A stretch of DNA of 63,858 bases, the filler included, from Hausera hauseri (lineage: Eukaryota): the NCBI GenBank assembly GCA_046269625.1. It is 12 parts of 12 records of this genome, joined end to end, with 100 filler letters (N's around TTAATTAATTAA, not from the genome) between each part and the next. Parts side by side here need not be neighbours in the genome. Positions count along the whole stretch, not along the records: positions 12,036 to 18,218 come from JBJURY010128539.1; positions 18,319 to 22,979 come from JBJURY010485798.1; positions 23,080 to 27,414 come from JBJURY010630997.1; 9 more parts are not named here. One strand, 5' to 3'. The notes beneath the pieces are model-generated. The model made no database searches. It had not been told where the DNA came from and saw nothing but the letters and a program-made list of their open reading frames with translations. Numbering within the stretch: the first letter of the stretch is position 1; each line of letters starts with the position of its first letter. The translations under genes and the position numbers were made by a program. Below are positions 13,289 to 23,928 of the stretch, one piece after another.

Positions 13289-15196
13289 ATGACTTCTGAA
13301 CAAAAAGTAGCCCCTTCTAACCGATCCTTTGATGAAGGCAGTTCTGAGCAGGATGTACGGGACTTTTTGCAGGGGTTGTTAGATCAGCCTCAGGGTAATA
13401 TGGTAAGTGGTGGTGGTGAATTGGTTGATGTAGAAGGTACTAGAGCGCCTGTGCATGAGGTGGCAGATATTAACACTATGCATGATAAACCTTTAGCAGT
13501 AGATAGTCCCAGTACTAATGTGGATCCGCTGATGGCTGTTGCTGGTGTGCTGCAGAGCATAAATAATAATTTGCAGAATTTGCAGACGCAAGGTAAGACT
13601 GTGTTCGTCCCAAAATCGGAACCCATAGTCCAGGAGGATGGCTCCGTAGCGTTGCCATTTGAACGGCGGGAAATGCCGCGACCACCTGTGTCGCAAAGTT
13701 TTAAAGTAACTGACGTTCCGACTAGTTCATGTGCGAGTAGCGTTGTTAATAGTACTCCCCTCATAACTAAGCCAGTTTTAAATCGACCACTAGTATCCGA
13801 TTATAGTCAAGTTCCCCCGATAAATAAGCCCCAGGACACTGTTACCAATTCGTTGCCTGTTATTAATAGTCCAATGGACGCTTTACAACAGCAAATTAAT
13901 TTATTAACTCAAGCGGTCTTGACGTTGACTCAAATTATGCAACAGGCTTACAAACCAAAAATAGTCCCTCCAAGTAAATTTAATAACCATTTCGAACAGT
14001 CTATTGCGGTGTTCTTCGATTAGTTCGAACAATACTGTAATTATAGTTACCCAGGCGCGTGCGATCAGTGGGCGCGATTGCTTCCCCATTATTTGGATGG
14101 ATCATACCTCGATTTATATAGTCAACTGGTGCGTACTACTAGGGACTATCAAGTTATAAAAAACACTATGTTGAAATGGTATGAACATGAAAATAGTCGT
14201 ATTGCAGGCCGGCATCTTCGAGCGTTTAACGAAGCACGGATGCGGAAGGGCGAGTCAATAACCATGTTCGCGCTCCGGTTGGAACAGTTGGCTGGGAAAG
14301 CGTATCCAGGAGTAGACATGCGTAGACACGAGTCCCTACGGTCAGCTTTGTTGCGTGCGTTGCCTCTAGTGGTCCAAGAATGGATAGAAAGCGAAATTAT
14401 AAGCTATGAAAGCTTACAAGGGAAAAATATTGAGTGGGACCAGTTGGTCTTGCTGGCTGACCAGCATTTTTATCGGTTTGAGCGAAATCATAATAATTCG
14501 GATAGTCCTCGTTATCGATCCGAAATTATAGTAGATCGTCGCGAAGCTGAACCGGAAATAGTTACAATTGATAACGTTAACGTGGTTCCCCGAAAGAGTT
14601 ATAGTAATGTAGTAAGGAATTCGGCGAATAAAAGTATTAATGGGCATAATGACCAATATTCAGGTAATAGGTCACCCGTAGTGAATAGAACTGGTAAACC
14701 ATCGTCTCCTAGAAGGAATTATAGTTCCCGGTCTAGTCTAGATTGCGGTTATTGTGGGAAAAAGAACCACACCATTGAGAATTGTTTTAAGTACCACGAT
14801 ATCTGCTCATACTGTCGGAAGAGCGGTCATTATCGTGCAAGTTGCCCTGAAATAGAAAAAAATAGTAGTCCTAGAAGAATTAGGCATTGTCCATTTTGCG
14901 GTGGGGACCATTTAGGTCAATATTGTGACAAGCGATCCGAGTCTAGTGTGGCCCAAGGTGGCGCTAGGAAAAAAACTGATAGTCCCAAGCCACGACGGGA
15001 TAAGAGAAATAATCGTAGCCGAAGTAGTAGCCAAAATAGTGAAAATGGAGAGAAAGAAAAAGACAAGGGAAAAGCCAGTAATTATAGTCCGTCAACTCCA
15101 CATAGTCAGTTAAAGCATGATTATCCGTTATGTAAAGATTGTAATTGGAGGCATGATCGTGGAGATTGTCGGATGAAATATTCTTTAAACCCGTAG
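13289..15196 (+). pseudogene. gag: Gypsy gag with one premature stop (14021)
   Basis: ORFs 13289-14023 and 14078-15196 are in the same frame. Capsid motif RKGESITMFALRLEQLA. Knuckles CGYCGKKNHTIENC, CSYCRKSGHYRASC, CPFCGGDHLGQYC, CKDCNWRHDRGDC. Confidence 0.9.
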
Positions 15197-15228
15197 GCTC
15201 CGTAGTAGCTGGTAATTGTACTACGGAG
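15184..15228 (+). promoter_or_regulatory. -1 programmed ribosomal frameshift signal
   Basis: T TTA AAC in the gag frame, a 7-nt spacer, then a perfect 10-bp stem CTCCGTAGTA/TACTACGGAG. Pol is in the -1 frame. Confidence 0.85.
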
Positions 15229-18018
15229 GCTGATCATAGTCCTAGTCCCTGTATAGTTAACAGTCCCGATAATGGAGTAGTGGAAGTATGTTTTAATAGA
15301 CAGGAGTCAGATCCTTTATTAGTAGATGTGGTTATTGTAGGTTTTGATGATATAAAGTTTACTAGTTTAATAGATAATGGGGCAATGGTTAGTCTGATTG
15401 CCGACGCCGAGTTTAGTCAATTGAAGGGCATTCAATTGTTGACTTCAGACATAACAGGAATTAGTGGAGTGGGACAAAATATAGTCTATATTCATAATAA
15501 AATTAAAGTCCACTTAAAGTTTAATAGCGGATTTATTACGGAAGAAGTAGAGTTGTATATTGTCCCGGTAGAACATCTAGGATATCCAATGGTATTAGGA
15601 ATAGATGTTCTCAAGAAAAATAGTCTCATTCCGGATATGTCTCGAAGACAATTGTTGAGACGAAGTGGGGATGATTCGTTGACACTTATTGCTGGGGACG
15701 AGAGTTTCAAACTTCCTTTTTATAAAGTTAAGGTTGTGGAGAATGTGGAAGTGCCCCCACAAAAGTGTATGTTTATAGAAGTAAAAATAGAAAACTTAGA
15801 TAATGGATCGAAAGTAGGATATTTGGAGAGTAATAGAAATAATGCTATTGTGGATTTTCCTCCCGGAGTAATTGACACTGTTCATAATAGTCACATAGTC
15901 CCTGTTTTTAATGGGATGGATAAACCTTGTTTTCTGGCAAAAGACTTAATAGTTGGGAATTTATCACCCGTAGAAGTATTAGACGCACTTCCTACAGTTG
16001 CAAGTGCCAAGGTGATAAATCATAGTCCCATTAGTAGCCAGGAATATTGGACTCCTGAGAAAATTAAGGAGGAATTCCGATTTTCAGAGATACCATTATC
16101 TGAGGAGGAGAAAACCCAGTTACTTGATTTGTTATTAAAATATAGTCAAGTTTTGAGTATAGGTGATGAAGATGTGGGGATGGCCACAAACATCAAGCAT
16201 CACATAGAGTTAGAAGTAGATAGGCCGGTACACGTCCCGGTGCGGCGTTTTCAAGGGCCGCTGGCACAGGAAATAGAAGAGCAGTGTGACGAGCTTGAAA
16301 ATAGTGGAATAATCAGGAAGAGTAAGTCTCCATTTTCGGCACCGGTCGTTCCTGTACGCAAACCTGATGGGACGTTAAGGTTATGCATAGACTATAGGGC
16401 CCTTAATAAGGTTACCAAAGGGGATGCTTTCCCATTACCAAATTTAATAGACGCTGTCTATAACATGGCCGGTACTAAGTACTTTACGACCGTAGACTTA
16501 GTTCGTGGATACTACCAAATAGAAATGGAGCCTGATAGTATAGAGAAAACCGCGTTTTCTACTCCTTTTTCGCATTACGAGTTCGTTCGTATGCCGTTCG
16601 GTGTTAAGGGTGGACCAGCCACTTTCCAACGTGGGATGATGCTTGCGTTAGCGGGTATTCCCTGGAGTGAGGTTATGGCTTACCTGGACATCATTATTAG
16701 GTCGAATTCGTTTACGCAGCACATAGTCATATTAGAAAAGGTACTAGTCGCTTTGGAGAACAATGGGTTTAAGTTAAAACCAAAGAAGACAAATTTATGT
16801 CGCGAATCAGTAGAGTTTCTGGGTCATGAAATTAATAGTCAAGGTATAATGCCACTGAATAAAAATTTGAGTGGGGTAATGAATTTTCCCATTCCCACGA
16901 CCCCTAAACAGATGCGACAGTTTTTGGGAATGGTAAATTTTTATAGAAGACATATTCCTAATTGTAGCATAATCGCGAAACCATTGTCACAGCAGACCGG
17001 TAGTAAAAAGATAGCCTGGAACGAAGATTGTCAACGGGCTTTCGATCAGTTAAAGGAAGCGTTGGTAAGTCCTAAACTATTAGCGTTTCCTGATTATAGT
17101 CCTGAAGCTTCTCCTTTAGAGCTTCACGTAGACGCATCGGGCATTGGAGCTGGCGCCGTTTTGTCACAAAAACAACAGGGACATAATAGGCCAATTTGTT
17201 TCATGTCCATGACCTTCTCCAAAGCACAACAACGTTATAGTACCATAGAGAGAGAACTTGCGGCTCTTCGTTGGGCAGTTAAAATTCTTAGGCCATTTTT
17301 ATGTAATAGTCGGTTTGTCATTTATATAGATCATCAGCCATTAGAGTATTTACAAAATATGAGTAGTTCGGATAGTCGTATAGCTCGTACGTTGGAGGAG
17401 CTTAGCGAGTTTAATTTTGAAATTAGACATATTTCTGGTCGTTTAAATGTTGTGGCTGATGTTCTTTCTAGGTCACCGATTCCATCAAACGAACTAGGCG
17501 CTGAATTGAGCGAGAATTATAGTCATTTAGATAATAGTCAATTTGGCATCCCCGCAGGTTACGAGGAGATTGAAGTACCTGGAGGAGGAGATTCCTTGTT
17601 TAGATGTTTCTCATTGTGGAAGACTGAGAGTCAGGATTCTCATGTGGATATCCGGGAGCACACTTTAGATGAGATCCTCAAAGACCCTAGTAAATATCAG
17701 TTAAAAGGCCGTAACATTCGAAAAGTATTAAAAGCCATGAGATTATCAGGCCATATGCCAATAATCGAGGTAATTTCAGCTTTTGCTGATTTGAATAAAG
17801 TACAAATTCTTGTGTATTATAGTAATTTAAATCCCATAAAATATGGAGAGAATCATAGTCAAGTATGTACTTTAAGATGTTTATCGGGTGTACATTACAA
17901 TTATTTAAAGCCAATAGACCCTGGTAAATATACTATTGTTGAAATTAATTTAACCAATGTTCATACGACTCAGTTACATAGTAATATAGATAAGATTGAC
18001 AAACAATTTCAAAATTGA
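15184..18018 (+). CDS. pol: Gypsy pol: protease-RT-RNase H-OTU-like domain, probably inactive
   Basis: LIDNGA protease motif. RT SPFSAPVVPVRKPDG.LRLCIDYRALN and MPFG, with YLD-II lacking one Asp of YxDD. RNase H LHVDASG..ERELAA..IDHQPL..VADVLSR, followed by the OTU-like region. Confidence 0.9.
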   Translation, partial: FKPVGSVVAGNCTTEADHSPSPCIVNSPDNGVVEVCFNRQESDPLLVDVVIVGFDDIKFTSLIDNGAMVSLIADAEFSQLKGIQLLTSDITGISGVGQNIVYIHNKIKVHLKFNSGFITEEVELYIVPVEHLGYPMVLGIDVLKKNSLIPDMSRRQLLRRSGDDSLTLIAGDESFKLPFYKVKVVENVEVPPQKCMFIEVKIENLDNGSKVGYLESNRNNAIVDFPPGVIDTVHNSHIVPVFNGMDKPCFLAKDLIVGNLSPVEVLDALPTVASAKVINHSPISSQEYWTPEKIKEEFRFSEIPLSEEEKTQLLDLLLKYSQVLSIGDEDVGMATNIKHHIELEVDRPVHVPVRRFQGPLAQEIEEQCDELENSGIIRKSKSPFSAPVVPVRKPDGTLRLCIDYRALNKVTKGDAFPLPNLIDAVYNMAGTKYFTTVDLVRGYYQIEMEPDSIEKTAFSTPFSHYEFVRMPFGVKGGPATFQRGMMLALAGIPWSEVMAYLDIIIRSNSFTQHIVILEKVLVALENNGFKLKPKKTNLCRESVEFLGHEINSQGIMPLNKNLSGVMNFPIPTTPKQMRQFLGMVNFYRRHIPNCSIIAKPLSQQTGSKKIAWNEDCQRAFDQLKEALVSPKLLAFPDYSPEASPLELHVDASGIGAGAVLSQKQQGHNRPICFMSMTFSKAQQRYSTIERELAALRWAVKILRPFLCNSRFVIYIDHQPLEYLQNMSSSDSRIARTLEELSEFNFEIRHISGRLNVVADVLSRSPIPSNELGAELSENYSHLDNSQFGIPAGYEEIEVPGGGDSLFRCFSLWKTESQDSHVDIREHTLDEILKDPSKYQLKGRNIRKVLKAMRLSGHMPIIEVISAFADLNKVQILVYYSNLNPIKYGENHSQVCTLRCLSGVHYNYLKPIDPGKYTIVEINLTNVHTTQLHSNIDKIDKQFQN
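17560..17915 (+). other. OTU-like (pseudo)deubiquitinase domain within Pol
   Basis: EVPGGGDSLFRCFS...SQDSH..IR...IEVISAFADL..VQILVY...HYNYL follows the OTU pattern VPGDGNCLFRA.S...H...R...E..A.A......I.VY...HY. The catalytic Cys position is Ser. Confidence 0.75.
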
Positions 18019-18318
18019 CTTAGATTTAGATCTGATTAATATTGTTCAAAATAAAGACCGAGAATTTTAAGGGAGCTAATAGATTGAAGATTTTTGGAGT
18101 TATATTTAATGAGGGGGAGACGTTTGAAGCGTTTGGGACGACGAAAATGTAGTGTTTTAGTTTTGTCTATTGAAATTTTGAGTCCTAAAGAGGTAAGGGT
18201 TGAAGAGAAAAAAGAGAGNNNNNNNNNNNNNNNNNNNNNNNNNNNNNNNNNNNNNNNNNNNNTTAATTAATTAANNNNNNNNNNNNNNNNNNNNNNNNNN
18301 NNNNNNNNNNNNNNNNNN

Positions 18319-18898
18319 TGGTAGTAGCAAAACGCACTTTGTGTGTAAACTATTGCAGAAACACCGTGACATGTTCCATTCACCGTGGTACAATCACATA
18401 TACTGCAATCAGGGTTTGACACATCGAAAATTTTGACAATTAAAATCGATTACGGTAATTGATGGGTTTGATGAGAACTGGTTTGAGATATTACGCAACG
18501 GTGACGTTATTGTGATTGACGATTTATTTCAGGAAGCCGCGAAACAATCGGACTTCAATAATCTGTTCACGAAGATTGCACGACACTGTGGTGTGACAGT
18601 TATTTTCATTACGCAAAACATGTATAATCAGTGCGGACAACATCGAACAAGAAATCTAAACGTGCACTATTTGGTGTTGTTCAAAAATCTCCGTGATCAG
18701 ACTATTGTTGATTATGTTGCACGACAAGCGTTTCCTCTCAAACGAGCCTACTGGATAGATATTCTACGAACAAGCCGCATTGATATCTGTTTATTGACTT
18801 TACACAACAGTATCCCGATGACATGCGTGTACGAAAGGACACTTTCAAACAGAAAGGTGTATGTGTCTATAAACAAATTCAAAAATCGACACTATAGA
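18319..18898 (+). pseudogene. A32/FtsK-like packaging ATPase
   Basis: GSSKTHFVCKLL (Walker A remnant), IVIDDL (Walker B), ARHCGVTVIFITQNMY...RTRNLNVHYLVLFKNLRD. Confidence 0.85.
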
Positions 18899-18904
18899 GA
18901 TAAA

Positions 18905-19090
18905 ATGAAAAATTTCCGAAAAACAATTGTTAAACGTAAACCAACCAAATATGTATCCAAGACAAAGAAACGTGCGTCAAATACATCAAAACACAACGCT
19001 ACAGTTAAGCGATTGATCAATTCAGTGCTTCGAACTACAATATCATCAGCAGCGAGACGCAGGTTACCGTCAAAGTGGCAACGATTATAA
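18905..19090 (+). CDS. Small Lys/Arg-rich Polinton protein (possible core protein)
   Basis: MKNFRKTIVKRKPTK...SKWQRL. The homologous reading frame is conserved at 44520-44695. Confidence 0.5.
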   Translation: MKNFRKTIVKRKPTKYVSKTKKRASNTSKHNATVKRLINSVLRTTISSAARRRLPSKWQRL

Positions 19091-19351
19091 ACAACTCCGA
19101 TTCGATACATCAGTATTCGTTGATTGATTGATTGAAACATGCGTTTCAAATGTTGTCAACCGTACTTTATTGCTTTGCTTAAAGCACCGTCGAGACATAA
19201 ATGGAACATGCTGCGATCATTGCCGCAATTTGTAGTAGACGATTGATGGAAATTTTGTACAATATCGTTGTAGGTCACGTTGACATTGGTAGTGGAAATC
19301 GGAATTTACTAGAGTATGAAATCAACGGAATGCGCACAGTTGACGTAATCG

Positions 19352-19741
19352 ATGATTTGGATGTGTGACTATCAAAACCGATCACAACGACAGGCAATTA
19401 AACGTCCAAAATACAAAATCGGTGCTTACAAACGTATTTCCAAAATAAGTATGACGCCATTCATTAGGAATTTCAATCAGAATTGGAGCGATGAGGCTTT
19501 CCGCATTTCAGCAATCAACACAAAACAAACACCTGTCATGTACGTTTTAGAAGATGAAAACGGTGAGGAAATACGCGTTAAATTCTACAAACAGGAACTG
19601 CATGTACTGTCCGAGAAACCCGATGTGTATCGCATTCATGAAATTCTACGTTCATGTGGCAAATGTTCGAATAAACAATATCTCGTCAAGTGGCACGTAT
19701 ATACTGCATTGAGTTGTATTTTTGCATCACAGATTCAATGA
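19352..19741 (+). pseudogene. Polinton integrase C-terminus with chromodomain-like tail; catalytic core deleted
   Basis: PKYKIG..RISK...QNWSDEAFRI...Y.LED.NGEEI..KFY.QEL...QYLVKW. Confidence 0.85.
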
Positions 19742-20789
19742 TCAGGAGCAGCATTTATTGGTACTTCATAGTAACAGATCATTATCACAACATGACGACA
19801 ATGACAATACCGCTAAACAGTTTACCATGCACTTCGACCAACCGGTCGATTTACGCCAGGGAGCCTGGAAAGTGGCTTTCACGGAATTCACATTTACATT
19901 TTCACCAATAACAATACGTCAAAACAGTGGTATTTACTTTACCCGACATTAAACATACCCTATTTTAAATTGTTGGCGAACAATCCGACACAACAACCGA
20001 TATACTCTTCGCAATTATTCGCAACAACAATTCTCGATGTATGCTTATTTTTCAAACTACCTTATGAAACGAATACATCGAAATCCCATTAAAATGCAGT
20101 TCAAATCTACAGTTGATGGTTAGGTATGGAGTTTTCAATCAGTCAATGTACACTCAAAACGTCTACAACTAGGTGGACATGTTATAAATTGAACCTTTCA
20201 TCCAATGAGGAATCCGATATTATAATAAAGTGAATTAAGTCAGTATCAGTCTTCCGTTCATATGATACCACGCGATTAATTAATGGAAACGGAACTGGAA
20301 TTGTGTGAATATGTCAAGAAAACGGCTACATAAACTGTAAAGACATGTGAAATAAATGCAGATGGTCATATTTCGTTTACACTGCATGACAATGTAACAT
20401 ATTTTGCCTTTGATGAATTATTGGCTCGGAATCTGGGTTTTCAAAACGCGAATTCTATCAAACCATCGTTGGACAATCTGTTATTGCCAAATACAAACCG
20501 CAACTCTATGGAGCGTTTCATAAAACCAACACTTTAACGGACTTAACCGAATCCGTACTCGTTGGTGGTAAACGTAAACAACTGCCGGCTTCTATCGAAC
20601 TAGAGTCTGACACGTATAACATATTGGGCGAAACTTCGCGTTAGTGTGCTCAGACCCATGTACTTATCATTGCCTCACAATATTGTGCACAGTATTTCCG
20701 TGTATATGCTTGATAAATTTTGGAAATCCATTAAATTTCTGTTAAGGTCAACGACATATTTCACGTTACATTTTCGACGTTGTCGATAA
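19738..20789 (+). pseudogene. Minor capsid/penton protein 1
   Basis: LHSNRS...NTAKQFTMHFDQPVDLRQGAWKVAFTEF and a C-terminal TLHFRR. Homologous to 46254-47205. Confidence 0.75.
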
Positions 20790-20840
20790 TAAACAAACTG
20801 CGTCATCGTTATCATCATCATCATCATCATCATTGAGATC

Positions 20841-21901
20841 ATGAGTAATTACATGGTGTTGCCGAGCAACAGTTGCCCGACAACTCGTCCGGATAATTCA
20901 GCCGGTGAATACGTTATAGATTGCATCAATCGTTTGGATTTATCTGGAGAATGGAAGGTTTCACTGACGGAATTTAACTTTCCCTACGCACCGGTGACAT
21001 TGAAAGGTAGTATGAAAATAACGTACAACAAGACTGTTACTAAAACCAAAACACATTATTCTCCTCTGAAACTTACGAACAATAAAATAACAGTTGGAGA
21101 ATCTCCCATTTGTACAACCAAAGAAAATTACAGTTCACACGGCAAGATCGGTGTTTTTATTTTAGGAGAAAACTTACATTTTATGGCAAATTTTGAATTT
21201 ACTGCTACCGCTGATTCCCATGATATGGCACAGAAATTTGGATTCAGAAATAGAGTACAAAGATAAAGATATTAAAAGTGAATATGCAGTTGGTCCAAGA
21301 TTAAGTCACGTATATTACTAGACAAGGGTGAAATTTACCTATACAGCACAAATAGTGTCAACATCATATTTATCGATTAAAGACAATGTCTACTACGAAT
21401 ATGTAGCACACCTGTCAACACTTTTCAAATCAAAAGTACAAGGAGATATTTACAGTTTTCGAATCAGATGCAAATGGGTACATTAAATTTGAACTGGCTA
21501 AGGATATTGTGGATATTTCATTGAACAAAGCTTTGGCCATGGTATTGGGTTTTGAAAAACATCGGCTTGAGGCGAATATGAAAGCGCATATTGCAACACT
21601 TAAACCAAAGCTGAAAAACGCACATCACATGCACATTTACACAAATGTCACCGAACCGATTCTGTTGGGTGGAGTACGTGTATTGCTACTCCGTGAAATA
21701 TATCCGGAAAGTAACGGGTATACTTCTGGAGATAATATCACTCTCAAGTTCCATAATCCAATGTACTTATCTGTGGCAACTACATCCATAAACAATGTTG
21801 AAGTCAATATCAGATGTGACGCGGGCTACTTTATTGAATTTTCGTACGGTACCACAACCTCTCTATCTCTTCATTTCCATCGAAACCAACAAAATTATTG
21901 A
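20841..21901 (+). pseudogene. Minor capsid/penton protein 2
   Basis: YMVLPSNS...DNSAGEY...LDLSGEWKVSLTEFNFP and IYTNVTEPILLGG...LLREI...NPMYLSV....INNVEVNIRCDAG..I.F..G.T.LSLHF. Confidence 0.85.
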
Positions 21902-22250
21902 TTCTGAAATCGCTTCCATTTATAGGAAATCCCAGCAAGGCGGTGAACTGCCGTATTTTGTTGGTAAACAGTATGGCTCTGGATGGTTGCTTACATTGAC
22001 ACGTTTAGCATTTCCAGTGTTGAAGCGTATTGGAGCCGTGACAGCAAAAACAACACATGATGTACTACATGGAAACAAATCGATTTTACCATCATTGAAG
22101 GAACACGCCTTGATAGAAATAAAAAGCGCTGTACTGGGAGTCGTTGAATCAGTAAAAAAACAATTTGCTGGTAGTGGCTTGAGAAAGCGTGGTAGATCAG
22201 CTAGCTTTTCAACTAGAAACAAACGTCGTCGTCGTACGATTTTCGACTGA
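21895..22250 (+). CDS. PZ-like small virion protein between minor and major capsid genes
   Basis: SQQGGELPYFVGKQYGSGWL.TL.R.A.P.LK...AGSG...RRRTIFD. Position and pattern are typical of Polintons. Confidence 0.65.
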
Positions 22251-22265
22251 TTGATTGATAGACAG

Positions 22266-22979
22266 ATGACATCTGCAAAATTTGAACTGTGTATATTTGA
22301 CAAAGCCGTGTCACAAGTTACTGACAATGCAGCATTTGAAGAAATCTACCCCGTTGATGCTGTTTCAACGGACGATAACATTGACATTCAATTCAACATT
22401 ATGACATCTGACAATGATTATCTCGATTTGAAAGATACGTTACTGTATGTAAGTCGTTAAAAAGGATGCATTAACGGTTCTCGCTGCAACAGATACTGTC
22501 ACACCGGCAAATTATCTTTTCCTCACAATGTTCCAGGAGGCTTCACTGACTCTAAACAGTGTCAAAATTGAAGGCAACACCAGTCTATACAGTATCATAA
22601 CACTCATTGAAACGGCTCTGTATTACAGTGCAGACACAAAAACGACTCATTTGACGAAAACCATCGGATATGACGCTACTGCAGCAAACCAGCAGGCATG
22701 GGTGGCAGAATCAAATGCGCTTACAATTTGTAGACCGCTGTACTTTGACTTTTTCGATCAGCCAAAATACCTACTTCCCGCTGTTAAAGCCATGATTTGA
22801 CTCACACGCAGCGACAATGTCTTTGCTTGAAAACCGCAGTTGCAAATCTGAAGCCCATACTGAAAATTACCGAAGCACGATTATACGTACGTCGTGTAAA
22901 AGTAGAACCATCTGTGCTCATGGGACATCGATTGGGCTTGGAAACACAAAATGCCTGTTACCCGATACAACGCACAGAA
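22266..22979 (+). pseudogene. Double jelly-roll major capsid protein, 5' part
   Basis: KFELCIFD...EEIYPV...IQFNI..SDNDYLDLKDTLLYV...FFDQPKYLLP...ITEARLYVRRVKVEPS...NACYPIQR. Confidence 0.85.
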
Positions 22980-23079
22980 NNNNNNNNNNNNNNNNNNNNN
23001 NNNNNNNNNNNNNNNNNNNNNNNTTAATTAATTAANNNNNNNNNNNNNNNNNNNNNNNNNNNNNNNNNNNNNNNNNNNN

Positions 23080-23880
23080 GTCGATAAGTCGATTTTGCAC
23101 ATGTGCCTATCGATAGTGCACCCGGAGAACTATCGATCGAAAAAGTGCCTAGCAACGGTGCCGCTTGGCACCGTTGCTAAGGGCACTTTTGCACTTTCCA
23201 TAAATCGATAACTGCATTGTGTACTATTGATCGAATCGATCTGCACTTTGTGCTAATCGATAGTGCACATGAGTGCACATCGATTGGTGCAATTGCAAGT
23301 GTGCAGCATATGCACAAGTGTGCAAAAATCAATAATATTTGATTTCCGATAAATTAAAAAGTGCTGATTAGCACCCAGGACCGGGTGCAATCGGTAGCAC
23401 ACACGATGTTGCATGTAAACGTGCAGTTAGAATTTAAATCAATTGATTGGTTTTTAAATAATTCGAAAATAGGCCCGAACCGCCACAGGCCTTTCCGCTA
23501 TAAATTTTAAATCTATGATATGAATATGGCACATATACAGGCGTGTGCAGTACTTGATGTAGTATCGAATGGTGCACAATTAAAGTGCTGTGTTTATTGA
23601 TTGTACGCATGAGCACTTTTTCACTTTACGCACATTTGCAATTGTGCAGCGTAAGATTGATGGTATTGATGGGGATCAAGTGCAGGTGGATAGAGCACAT
23701 CGCGATGCACCTTGATATGTGATGTGCAGTGCGAAAACATGTGCGCAAGTGTGCAAAAATCAAGATTATCTAATTTACGATATTTCCAATATGAATGGTT
23801 AGCACTCGGGACCGTGTGAAATCGAAAGCAAACATGATGTAGTATACGAATATGCATTTAGAATCTAAATTTATTGATAA
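23080..23880. repeat. Palindrome-rich non-coding region with diverged ~430-bp duplication and a 22-bp hairpin
   Basis: 23300-23450 resembles 23730-23880. Dense GTGCAC, ATCGAT and TGCA sites. Hairpin at 23141-23190. Confidence 0.75.
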
Positions 23881-23928
23881 ATTATTGATTAATATCTATC
23901 CATAGTGCAAATTGTTTTTTTTTTCAAC

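Larger units (their letters stand above)
12672..18018 (+). mobile_element. Ty3/Gypsy retrotransposon with OTU-like domain; integrase absent
   Basis: LTR end CGCGACA at 12984 (LTR start uncertain), PBS, gag and pol. Confidence 0.9.
18319..22979 (+). mobile_element. Polinton/Maverick (adintovirus-like) structural module, copy A, degenerate
   Basis: Collinear ATPase, small ORFs, integrase C-terminus, two minor capsid genes, PZ-like gene and MCP. Confidence 0.9.

Noticed and set aside
18512-19090. ATPase fused to a basic tail
   Set aside because: Comparison with copy B shows that small deletions shift the frame into the next gene.
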